Assembly: GCA_964435515.1 (NCBI GenBank)
Contig: CAYSZD010000004.1
Span: 11,955 to 75,954 of the forward strand
Direction of reading: 5' to 3'
DNA length: 64,000 nucleotides
Source: an uncultured Gammaproteobacteria bacterium
GTDB lineage: Bacteria; Patescibacteriota; Patescibacteriia; Patescibacteriales; UBA12465
The notes beneath the pieces were generated by a model. That model did no database searches. It saw only the letters and a program-made list of their open reading frames with translations, and was not told the origin of the DNA. Position 1 is the stretch's first letter, and every line of letters begins with the position of its first letter. Positions 1 to 7,446 of the stretch are shown here, one piece after another. Position numbers and translations under genes: made by a program.

Positions 1-126
1 ATTTTTGCTTTAGCCTCAGTACTTATTGGTCTTATTTTTTCTTTATTATTAAATTTACCTACTGGGGCCAGTATTGTTGCTTCAGGACTATTTCTATTTA
101 TTTTAGCCTATTTACTTAGAAAATAG
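1..126 (+). CDS. 3' end of a metal ABC-transporter permease gene (ABC-3, ZnuB/MntB-like); 5' part lies outside the window
   Basis: Frame 1 is open from nt 1 to TAG 124-126. The hydrophobic tail ...LNLPTGASIVASGLFLFILAYLLRK resembles the conserved LP(S/T)GA-IV C-terminal helix of ABC-3 permeases. Confidence 0.4.
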   Translation: MFALASVLIGLIFSLLLNLPTGASIVASGLFLFILAYLLRK

Positions 127-201
127 TTTGACATAATAGCTTTTTTATCTTAAATTGAAGATAGTTCATTTTAACATTCATATTGTAGGCAAGGAGGTGT
201 C

Positions 202-471
202 ATGAAAAATTTAAATAGATTAAAATTAAAACGGGTGGTTGATATTAGTTTATATTATCAGACACTTCGTATTAAAAGAATGCTGTTTAAAACAAGCTTC
301 TATTTAGCGATATTGTTTGTTGTCTCTGCTTTTTTTAGCCCAAGCTTGGAATTAATTTATATAGCTCTGGCTCTAGCTGTTTTATTGGAGACGATAAGCT
401 GGCTGGTTTACAAGGGCAGTTTAGACGATTTTATTGTCAGACATATTCAAAGTAGAAAATCTTATACTTAA
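202..471 (+). CDS. small membrane protein, unknown function
   Basis: 89-aa ORF. Its ATG is preceded by a strong SD, AAGGAGGTG (191-199). It has hydrophobic helices and a hairpin downstream at ~489-515. Confidence 0.6.
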   Translation: MKNLNRLKLKRVVDISLYYQTLRIKRMLFKTSFYLAILFVVSAFFSPSLELIYIALALAVLLETISWLVYKGSLDDFIVRHIQSRKSYT

Positions 472-560
472 GAATGTGTTGGGCAATTAAGGAGCAGTAC
501 ACTGTTCCTTTTTTAATTAAAAAAACAGAACCGCTTAAGATGAGGTTCTGTAAAGTTTTT

Positions 561-863
561 TTAAAGCTCCGCTCTGGCTGGAGCTAATATTTTGTTTAAG
601 CGACCTTCAATCATGGTTGTGTAGAAATTGAAATCGCTTTGGTCGGCATATGGTTTTATTTTTTCTTTAAACTCAAACCAATAGATTTCAAAGTTAGAGG
701 CGGGGATAGAGTCTTTTAATTTCTCACTCACTTGATAAATGCCATCAAGCATTATTTGGCATTTATTTTCATCTGGAGTGCTTTCCAGGCAGTTTGTCAT
801 TTTTTGGAAAAATTCCTTAATGACAACGCAATCACTTTTTTCGCTTAATTGTTTTTTGGCCAT
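561..863 (-). CDS. hypothetical protein (100 aa)
   Basis: Intact ORF followed on the minus strand by hairpin ACAGAACC/GGTTCTGT plus a T-run (~524-553). No family recognised. Confidence 0.5.
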   Translation of the reverse strand: MAKKQLSEKSDCVVIKEFFQKMTNCLESTPDENKCQIMLDGIYQVSEKLKDSIPASNFEIYWFEFKEKIKPYADQSDFNFYTTMIEGRLNKILAPARAEL

Positions 864-989
864 GCTTTATGTTTTTTTAGGTTTATATTTAATGAACTAA
901 TTATATTTAAATACAAAAATTGTCTTTTGTCAAATGGCTTCAGGGGTCTTGACCTAAATTAATTTTTGTACATCTGCTATAATATTACT

Positions 990-1454
990 ATGAATAAAAT
1001 TACTATCATCTCTGTTGGAGCTTTAAAAGACCAGTCTTTTAAAAGATTAGTGACAGAGTATCAAAAAAGAATGTCTCCTTATGCTCGTTTAGAGCTTCTT
1101 GAAACAAGAGCCTATCCTTTTAGTGAGGCTAATAAAAAAAGAGCAAAAGAGCAAGAAAAGCAGGCTTTAGAGAAAGTTTTGCACAACTATAGCAAAGAGC
1201 AAATATATCTTTTAGCAGAGGACGGGAGAGAATATAACTCATTATCATTTGCTAGCTTAGTCAATGATTATGACGGCAAAGACTTAGTTTTTGTCATTGC
1301 TGGTGCTTTAGGTTGGGACGATGAATGGGAAAAAAATTATCAAAGCATATCTTTGTCTCCTTTAACTTTCCCCCACGAGTTAGCTAGAGTTATTTTAATG
1401 GAACAAATATATCGGGCTATTTGTATTAATATGGCTAAAGATTATCATTATTAA
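990..1454 (+). CDS. rlmH: 23S rRNA (pseudouridine1915-N3)-methyltransferase RlmH (SPOUT)
   Basis: MNKITIISVG...VFVIAGALGW...LSLSPLTFPHELARVILMEQIYRA is the RlmH pattern. The ATG at 990 lies just after an extended -10, TGcTATAAT (975-983), so the mRNA may be leaderless. The track start at 966 (TTG) is probably an upstream extension. Confidence 0.9.
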   Translation: MNKITIISVGALKDQSFKRLVTEYQKRMSPYARLELLETRAYPFSEANKKRAKEQEKQALEKVLHNYSKEQIYLLAEDGREYNSLSFASLVNDYDGKDLVFVIAGALGWDDEWEKNYQSISLSPLTFPHELARVILMEQIYRAICINMAKDYHY

Positions 1455-1462
1455 TAATTAAA

Positions 1463-1496
1463 AAGCCTTTCAAAAAAGAAAGGCTTAATATTTTTT
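1463..1496. terminator. bidirectional hairpin terminator between rlmH and a convergent small ORF
   Basis: AAGCCTTTC (1463-1471) / GAAAGGCTT (1478-1486), with A-run and T-run flanks. Confidence 0.6.
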
Positions 1497-1641
1497 AATA
1501 GCTTGAGTAAAGCAAATCTCTAATGATAGTGAGTATTCTCACTAAGATTTCTTCAGCCAAGCTAGCAGCTTCGGTGGGCATGATAAAACGTAGCACGAGA
1601 ATGATCACCAGGAAGCCGATAAATCCACTTAACTCTTTCAT
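1495..1641 (-). CDS. candidate 48-aa hydrophobic peptide (below the ORF-track cutoff)
   Basis: ATG (revcomp of 1639-1641) to TAA (1495-1497). Translation: MKELSGFIGFLVIILVLRFIMPTEAASLAEEILVRILTIIRDLLYSSY, with one N-terminal TM helix. It is convergent with rlmH and shares the terminator. Confidence 0.3.
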   Translation of the reverse strand: MKELSGFIGFLVIILVLRFIMPTEAASLAEEILVRILTIIRDLLYSSY

Positions 1642-1846
1642 ATGTTTAGAATTAAGTTTATAAATTCGGGACCTGAGAGTGACCAGCTCTCGGCTTGCTA
1701 CTTATTGTAAGTAGCCCCCGTGCTTTAGAAATAAGCATTTATTTACAAAGCACGGAGTATTTTATTAATGCCTTTAAAAGAACTATGTTACTATAATTAT
1801 ACGGATGAAGACGAGTTTTGTTACAGTAATTTATAAATATTTATTT

Positions 1847-2587
1847 ATGAAAATTGAATTAAAAAATAATAAGCAATTAGCTTTAGATATTAATAAATTA
1901 ATTGATAGCGATAAGGCTAAAATTCTTAGTCGTTTTTTTAAGACTGCCCCTGGTCAGTATGGAGCAGGAGATCAATTCTTAGGCATCACTGTACCACTTA
2001 TAAGGGGCCTTGAGGGCGCCTATCCTGACATGAGTGATAGTTTAGTGGTAGAACTTTTAAGTAGCTCATATCACGAAGTGAGGCTGCTAGGAGTACTGGC
2101 TATAGTTTCTAGATATCAAAAAGCTAAGAATGATAAGTTAAAGGAAGAGATTGTGTCTTTCTACTTAAAACATCGCTATGCACTAAATAATTGGGACCTG
2201 GTAGATTTGTCAGTCTATAAAGTTTGGGGAGATTATTTATTGCATCATCCTGAAGAAAGAAAAATATTATTTCAATATGCTAAATCAAAAAATCTTTGGG
2301 AAAGACGAATGGCAATTGTTGCTACTTTGGCCCTTATTAAATCTTTTCAGTTTAAAGAAATATTAGAGCTTGTACGAATGTTGAAGGAAGACAGAGAAGA
2401 TTTAACTCAAAAGGCTTTAGGCTGGATGCTGAGAGAAGTGGGGAAGAAGGACGAAGACTTGCTAAAAGATTATTTAAATCAAGAGGCTAGTAGTTTAGCC
2501 AGAACAACCCTACGCTATGCTATAGAGAGATTAACACCAGCAGAAAGGCAATATTATTTAAAGTTAAAGAGCGAGATAAGCGAATAA
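1847..2587 (+). CDS. DNA alkylation repair protein (AlkC/AlkD-like HEAT-repeat glycosylase family)
   Basis: FFKTAPGQYGAGDQFLGI..., NNWDLVD, LWERRMAIVATL and GWMLREVGKKD match the DNA_alkylation family. The likely start is MKIELK at 1847, with TATAAT at 1791-1796. Confidence 0.8.
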   Translation: MKIELKNNKQLALDINKLIDSDKAKILSRFFKTAPGQYGAGDQFLGITVPLIRGLEGAYPDMSDSLVVELLSSSYHEVRLLGVLAIVSRYQKAKNDKLKEEIVSFYLKHRYALNNWDLVDLSVYKVWGDYLLHHPEERKILFQYAKSKNLWERRMAIVATLALIKSFQFKEILELVRMLKEDREDLTQKALGWMLREVGKKDEDLLKDYLNQEASSLARTTLRYAIERLTPAERQYYLKLKSEISE

Positions 2588-2705
2588 TAGGGTTAGTTAT
2601 TTTGTTTAAATAGTTAAATAGTTGTTGACAAATATAGTTATCTATGATACAAATAATAGTTGCAAAAAGTTTGCAATAAGTATATTAAAAACAAAAAATA
2701 GGAAA

Positions 2706-3545
2706 ATGAAAAAATTAAGTATCGTTTTTTGTTTGGTGTTTGCTAGTAGTTTTGTAGCAGTTGCCCAATGGGAACCAGCTGCCTTTGCGGGTTCTGGTTA
2801 TATGACTGACAATTCTGGTGAGGGCATCTATATTTATGCCCAGGCTGGAGCGGCTAAGAAAAAGAATTCTCATCGTCTTGGTGCCTTTGCTAGCAATGTA
2901 ATTGTTGACGTTAATTTCAACAACTACCGCTACCGGGCCCAAGAATATGGACTTGGATTTTCTTATGATACTTGGAAAAAAGTATCGGAAAATTACACCT
3001 TCGCAATGTGGTTTAATCCACAGATAAAGTATTTTAATGATCATGGTGAAAATGCTTCTAATGGTGAGGAAGCTTTTCAACAAGACATTGGCGCCAATAT
3101 AGTATTGGGCTTTAATTTTAACGATTCTTTAAACCGTTGGTTTAGGAGTTATAAGTTTCAGACTCAATATCAACAACCTTTTTGGTCTAATAGACAAGGT
3201 ATTTGGGCTGATGAGGATGGTTATCTTTCTGACAAGGTTAATTTTAAGGCAGTTAATAAAACTTACTGGAAATCTCAGTTTGAGGTGACTCTTAAAAAGT
3301 TGGACGTATCTCAATTGCTACAGCTAGAACCAAAGTTGGTTATTGCCTATCAGCTTAATGGTAATAATCAAATTATGTATGAAACGGGCGCGGGCGTGGC
3401 TTTTTCTTTTATGAAAGGGGATAGATACTTTGAAGTAGCTTCACTTCAGTATCGGGCTCGTTCCGGCAAATATGTAATGGAGCGCCTCGACTTAATTGAG
3501 TTTAGTATTGACTTTATCAATAGCTACAGGCTCATAAAAAAATAA
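2706..3545 (+). CDS. secreted protein with beta-barrel-like alternating-strand pattern, unknown function
   Basis: Start MKKLSIVFCLVFASSFVAVAQ is a signal peptide. There are many short amphipathic aromatic-rich strands (YIYAQAG, GLGFSY, IVLGFNF, LVIAYQL, GAGVAFSF, LIEFSIDF). The track start at 2622 is an upstream extension. Confidence 0.6.
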   Translation: MKKLSIVFCLVFASSFVAVAQWEPAAFAGSGYMTDNSGEGIYIYAQAGAAKKKNSHRLGAFASNVIVDVNFNNYRYRAQEYGLGFSYDTWKKVSENYTFAMWFNPQIKYFNDHGENASNGEEAFQQDIGANIVLGFNFNDSLNRWFRSYKFQTQYQQPFWSNRQGIWADEDGYLSDKVNFKAVNKTYWKSQFEVTLKKLDVSQLLQLEPKLVIAYQLNGNNQIMYETGAGVAFSFMKGDRYFEVASLQYRARSGKYVMERLDLIEFSIDFINSYRLIKK

Positions 3546-3584
3546 ACAATATTTCTCGCTGACAAATTTATTTTTGTCAGTAGC

Positions 3585-3616
3585 ACCCGGTCTCATGTCA
3601 ATGACCGGGTTTTTTA
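3585..3616 (+). terminator. rho-independent terminator
   Basis: ACCCGGTC (3585-3592) / GACCGGGT (3603-3610) followed by TTTTT. A second hairpin, CTGACAAA/TTTGTCAG, lies just upstream. Confidence 0.8.
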
Positions 3617-3874
3617 TTTTGTCAAGTTTTTAAATTGGCTCAAAGCCTTGTAATTATTGGCATTATTTTTTTAATGTGTTATAATACGCTTATAAACAAG
3701 GATGAATATTTTTAAGGCTAATTTCTTGCCGATAAATAAAGGCTTTTAATAGGCTACAGATATATTTACCTTTTAGTTTATAAATTTATTTTTTTAAAAT
3801 ATTTTTAATTGGCTTATTTCTTACTTCGGTAAGTGTATAACTTTCCGCTCGTAATTAAGGCCCCATGCAAACTT

Positions 3875-4156
3875 ATGTCAAAAATGACTAAGGCTCAGAT
3901 CGTAGCCACTATGGCTGAAGATACTGGCTTAAGCAAAAAAGATGTTGCTGCTTTTTTTGAAGCTTTCTCAACATTAGCTTATAAAGAAGTAAAAAAGAGT
4001 GGTGAATGTTTAGTTCCTGGTTTCGGTAAATTAGTTAAAGCAAAAAGAAAAGCTCGCGAAGGTCGTAACCCAGCTACAGGTGAAACTATTAAGATCCCAG
4101 CTAAGACTGTAGTTAAGTTCCGTTTAGCTAAAGCGGTAAAAGACGCAGTTCTATAG
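3875..4156 (+). CDS. hup: DNA-binding protein HU/IHF family
   Basis: MTKAQIVATMAEDTGLSKKDV...GFGKLVKAKRKAREGRNPATGETIKIPAKTVVKFRLAKAVKDAV is a canonical HU fold sequence. The start is 3875 or 3884. Confidence 0.9.
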   Translation: MSKMTKAQIVATMAEDTGLSKKDVAAFFEAFSTLAYKEVKKSGECLVPGFGKLVKAKRKAREGRNPATGETIKIPAKTVVKFRLAKAVKDAVL

Positions 4157-4185
4157 TAGGTCTGTAAAATACAAATTGTTTAAAA

Positions 4186-4216
4186 AAGACATCCACGGAA
4201 TCGGATGTCTTTTTTG
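4186..4216. terminator. bidirectional terminator between hup and the convergent HTH gene
   Basis: AAGACATCC (4186-4194) / GGATGTCTT (4203-4211), flanked by an A-run and a T-run. Confidence 0.8.
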
Positions 4217-4477
4217 CTAATTACGATTTTTGATAAAATATTGGCCGAGACCAAATTCTAGTAATTTATTTTTTAGTTTCTTGTTTCGGTGCATATACAT
4301 AACCAGCGAACCCAACTCAATCTGATACCTATTTTTTATCACCTTAAATTTTAAAAGACTGCCAACTTGTAGTCCACGTCTAATGGTTTTAGGCGTTACT
4401 CCCGCTAATTTAGCCGCCTCACTAACAGAAAGCCAAATAGGATTTTTAGTGTTTAGCGATTTAAAGTGATTAAACAT
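4217..4477 (-). CDS. small helix-turn-helix DNA-binding protein (excisionase/MerR-like HTH_17 type)
   Basis: WLSVSEAAKLAGVTPKTIRRGLQVGSL is a typical HTH. Its promoter region carries two palindromic operators (4489-4577). Confidence 0.65.
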   Translation of the reverse strand: MFNHFKSLNTKNPIWLSVSEAAKLAGVTPKTIRRGLQVGSLLKFKVIKNRYQIELGSLVMYMHRNKKLKNKLLEFGLGQYFIKNRN

Positions 4478-4488
4478 TATTGTGGTAT

Positions 4489-4514
4489 TTAAGTCTAGTT
4501 ATATCTAGACTTAA
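4489..4514. promoter_or_regulatory. palindromic operator 1: TTAAGTCTAG-N6-CTAGACTTAA
   Basis: Perfect 10-bp arms at 4489-4498 and 4505-4514, 12 nt upstream of the HTH gene start. Confidence 0.6.
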
Positions 4515-4549
4515 ATATTATATTTATTTAATAAAAGCTAAATTATATA

Positions 4550-4577
4550 CTTAAGTCTATGTTATATTAGACTTAAG
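4550..4577. promoter_or_regulatory. palindromic operator 2: CTTAAGTCTA-N8-TAGACTTAAG
   Basis: Perfect 10-bp arms at 4550-4559 and 4568-4577. Same half-site as operator 1. Confidence 0.6.
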
Positions 4578-4691
4578 TATCATTATTTATTTAAGTTATC
4601 ATAATAGTTAGTTTAAGTCAATGGTATTTTTTTTGTTATTTTTATATATACCCTATAATTAAAAAAGACCTGTTTTATGCAGGTCTAAGTT

Positions 4692-5180
4692 TTAGGGAGA
4701 GAGTATAATTTGAGCCTCATACTCTTGCTGCAGATTATCTCGATAATCGGCAATTGATTCCCAAAAGTCTAAGCCTAAGCCCTCTATGGTTGCCACTAAA
4801 GCGTAGCTGAGAGTAGAGTTATAGGCTATGAGTTTGATGTAAAGAGTCTGGTCAAGCGGTAGTTTAGTGCCATATTTGGTGCTAGTTTTTTTAGCGCCTA
4901 AATATGAATCACTAAAATAGACAAAGGAGACATCATTTATATCTCTGATAATATAGCCAATGGGACTATCTAGCCTATTTTCTATACTTATCTTAGCCTC
5001 GTCAGCATTGAAGGCGGGCCAGATAGTAATTTTTACATTACCCAATACTCCGGGCATGGGGCCGAGAACATATTCGCCGTCATTGTTGTAGTCGGGCACA
5101 ATAATTTGATTTATCACCTCCTCTTTTTTACAAGCAGAAAGGATAATTAAAGAAAGAAAAAAAATTGTTATTTTTTTCAT
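4692..5180 (-). CDS. lipoprotein, unknown function
   Basis: MKKITIFFLSLIILSAC is a signal peptide with lipobox L-S-A-C. The mature part looks all-beta. Confidence 0.65.
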   Translation of the reverse strand: MKKITIFFLSLIILSACKKEEVINQIIVPDYNNDGEYVLGPMPGVLGNVKITIWPAFNADEAKISIENRLDSPIGYIIRDINDVSFVYFSDSYLGAKKTSTKYGTKLPLDQTLYIKLIAYNSTLSYALVATIEGLGLDFWESIADYRDNLQQEYEAQIILSP

Positions 5181-5365
5181 GATACATAGATTTTAAGGTT
5201 CAACTTATTGCTCCTATAATGCCAAAAATATTCAAATTTGTCAATTAATTATTTCTCCTTTTTTAAGCTTAGAAGCTTGGCTTTTTATCATTATTATGAT
5301 AGGATGAGTGAGTAAAATTTTGATTGATGAAAACGGGGCCTTGGCCCTCATTTTTGATTATATAC

Positions 5366-5953
5366 ATGAACGCAAATATATTAAAAAAATTTAAGGACAA
5401 GCAATTATTGCAACAGTTAAAGCATAAAGATAAAGAAGCGTTTATTAAAGTCTATGATGAATACGCTGAAGATTTATACCGCTTTATCTATTTTAAGGTT
5501 GGTAAAGAAACAGAGGCACAAGATCTAACTTCTTTAGTATTTCTAAAAGCTTGGCATCATATTCAAGCTAATTCTTTAAGTGATAGTAAGACGCTCAGAG
5601 CTTTAGTATATAAAATAGCTCGTCATGCTGTTATTGATTATTATCGAGAGGGAAGTAATAAATTAGAATTGTCTTTAGATGATGAAAATAATCCGATTGA
5701 GATAATTGATGATGATCAAAATTTAGCTGATAAGCTTGATAAGGCTAGTGATTTAGCTTTGCTTAAAAAACAACTACCGCTATTAAAAGAAGAATACAGA
5801 GAAGTTATTATTCTGCGATTTGTGAATGACTTAAGTTTAGAAGAAATAGCTGATGTTACCTCTAAGAGTCGTGGTAATGTGAGAGTTATTCTGCACCGAG
5901 CCTTAGCCGCTTTAAAGGAAATGGTTGAAAAAGAAATGGAGAAGAAGAAATAA
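5366..5953 (+). CDS. ECF-type RNA polymerase sigma-70 family factor (sigma A of this window)
   Basis: Region 2 (DLYRFIYFKVG..AQDLTSLVFLKAW) and region 4 HTH (LSLEEIADVTSKSRGNVRVILHRALAALKE). ATG at 5366. A sigma70-like promoter, TTTAAG-N17-TATAAT, lies at ~5191-5219. Confidence 0.85.
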   Translation: MNANILKKFKDKQLLQQLKHKDKEAFIKVYDEYAEDLYRFIYFKVGKETEAQDLTSLVFLKAWHHIQANSLSDSKTLRALVYKIARHAVIDYYREGSNKLELSLDDENNPIEIIDDDQNLADKLDKASDLALLKKQLPLLKEEYREVIILRFVNDLSLEEIADVTSKSRGNVRVILHRALAALKEMVEKEMEKKK

Positions 5954-5967
5954 TAATTATTATTAGT

Positions 5968-6516
5968 TTATTTGAATAAAAAAGATTCTAAATCTTTTTT
6001 GGTTAATAACATGCTGTAGTTAGCATGTTTTTTTAAAGCAAAACTAACTTGATGCTTAAAGCTAATATACTCTACATTTTTACCTAAATGTTTTATTTTT
6101 AAAATAGCTGGTATGAGATCAGTGTCAGAGGATATAATAATTGCAGTATTGTAGAGATTTTCATAAGCCCCTACTAATAAGTCTACAGCAATTTTTACAT
6201 CTACTCCTTTTTCATGAAAGACGCCCTTATTATTCATAAGGTATCCTTTTTTAATAATTATACTCTGTCTTTCTAAAGCATTGAGTAAGTTTAATTGTTT
6301 TTCTCTTTTTGCTTGATTGATAAGGTCTGTGTTCTTTGTTTTTATAATACCAACATAATAACGACGAGAAATGCTTTGACGACCTGCGCACAGATAATCA
6401 CAAAGCTTTGCATAATTAAATTTAGTTGTATTTCTAATTTTTAAGTCCTTCAGCTTATGATATAAATTGCTACCATCAATATAAACGCAGACTCGTATAT
6501 TTAATAGTCTGTTCAT
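5968..6516 (-). CDS. NYN-domain (LabA/DUF88, PIN-like) putative ribonuclease
   Basis: VCVYIDGSNLYH, GVDVKIAVDLL and IIISSDTDLIPAI are the conserved acidic motifs of the NYN fold. Confidence 0.8.
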   Translation of the reverse strand: MNRLLNIRVCVYIDGSNLYHKLKDLKIRNTTKFNYAKLCDYLCAGRQSISRRYYVGIIKTKNTDLINQAKREKQLNLLNALERQSIIIKKGYLMNNKGVFHEKGVDVKIAVDLLVGAYENLYNTAIIISSDTDLIPAILKIKHLGKNVEYISFKHQVSFALKKHANYSMLLTKKDLESFLFK

Positions 6517-6520
6517 ATAT

Positions 6521-6613
6521 AAAAAAAGCCCACCGTGATCTCTTTCGAGACCAGAGTGGGTGGGGTAAGTAAAAATAATATAGAATCTATAGTAATCTTA
6601 TATTTCTTCTGAT
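6521..6613 (-). ncRNA. candidate ~95-nt leader/sRNA ending in a strong intrinsic terminator that abuts the NYN start codon
   Basis: Minus-strand promoter: TTGACA (6642-6647), 16 nt, TAAAAT (6620-6625). Hairpin CCCACTCTGGTCTC-GAAA-GAGATCACGGTGGG (6529-6560) followed by U7 (6521-6527). No ATG in the transcript. Confidence 0.45.
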
Positions 6614-6758
6614 GATCTAATTTTAACATAAGTAGATTTATTGTCAACGACATATTTTATTTATAATCATCATCTATCTTATTCGGCCACTTTTCAGTAT
6701 AGCAATATGACGATAGCAGATTAATAACATTTCTTAATCAACCTATTATCAAGGTATT

Positions 6759-6787
6759 AAAAAAAGCCCATCGATGAAGATGAGCTT
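6759..6787 (-). terminator. rho-independent terminator of the 6809-7126 gene
   Basis: Minus strand: AAGCTCATC / GATGGGCTT 9-bp stem followed by a U-run (plus-strand A-run 6759-6765). Confidence 0.7.
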
Positions 6788-6808
6788 TTGAATTAAAGAT
6801 ACTAAGTA

Positions 6809-7126
6809 TTAGATAGCGTCTTTAACTAATGGCGGGTACCCTAGAATAGAGATGCCCAATTCTTTTCTTTCTTTATCGCTCTTTATTTTTCGAACGACAT
6901 CTTTTGGTCTGATTGGTTTACCACCAAAGACCTCTGTCGCTACCAGGTAACGCTGACGCTTGTGGTCAACGGATTCCAAGGTTGTCGATACCTTGTCGGT
7001 AGCAATGACCTTGAGTAAGCCATTGGGCAGTTCGTTGGTATAGTCTACCAATCTACCCGTGTGCGAGTTGCCCCAGAGGTATCCAATAAGACCTCCGAAA
7101 AAGAAAGCAAAAATAATTAATGCCAT
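6809..7126 (-). CDS. N-terminally membrane-anchored small protein, unknown function
   Basis: MALIIFAFFFGGLIGYLWG is a TM anchor followed by an 85-aa soluble part. A TTGACA-N17-TTTAAT promoter lies on the minus strand (7255-7260 / 7232-7237). Confidence 0.55.
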   Translation of the reverse strand: MALIIFAFFFGGLIGYLWGNSHTGRLVDYTNELPNGLLKVIATDKVSTTLESVDHKRQRYLVATEVFGGKPIRPKDVVRKIKSDKERKELGISILGYPPLVKDAI

Positions 7127-7323
7127 GATGTTTTGTTTTGTGGAATGTGCGACAACTAGAGTAAGAGTCTTAGCTGTTAGCCTAGGTGTGGCAACATTCC
7201 TGGTTTAAAAAGAACTGTTAACTGTATTTATATTAAAGCATATTTATATAACTTTGTCAAGGAAGATTTGTTTTTAGGGATTGCTTCTATTTAGCTATTT
7301 TTCCCCATAATCTTGATAATTAT

Positions 7324-7352
7324 TAGACTTAAGTCTAGAAATATGTAGACTT
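7324..7352. promoter_or_regulatory. operator 3: TAGACTT + AAGTCTA-N8-TAGACTT
   Basis: Same half-sites and the same 8-nt spacing as operator 2: AAGTCTA 7331-7337, TAGACTT 7346-7352, plus an extra abutting half-site at 7324-7330. Confidence 0.55.
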
Positions 7353-7409
7353 ATCTTTTCTAAATCTAATAAAGCTCAATATTTATAGGCTTTTTCTCTT
7401 CTTTATAGC

Positions 7410-7437
7410 TGTAACGTTTTAGTCATTTATCCGTATG
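7410..7437 (+). promoter_or_regulatory. ECF-type promoter TGTAAC-N16-CGTATG
   Basis: TGTAAC 7410-7415, a 16-nt spacer, CGTATG 7432-7437. The ATG of the downstream gene is at 7447. This matches the TGnAAC-N16/17-CGT architecture of Bacillus sigma X/W/M-type ECF promoters. Confidence 0.5.
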
Positions 7438-7446
7438 CTATAGTGT

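Noticed and set aside
2715-3314. Minus-strand ORFs 2715-3083 and 3129-3314 inside the 2706-3545 gene.
   Set aside because: They are antisense to a gene with a clean signal peptide and a coherent protein pattern. Their sequences are low-complexity (I/K/F/R-rich) with no start context, which is typical of shadow ORFs.
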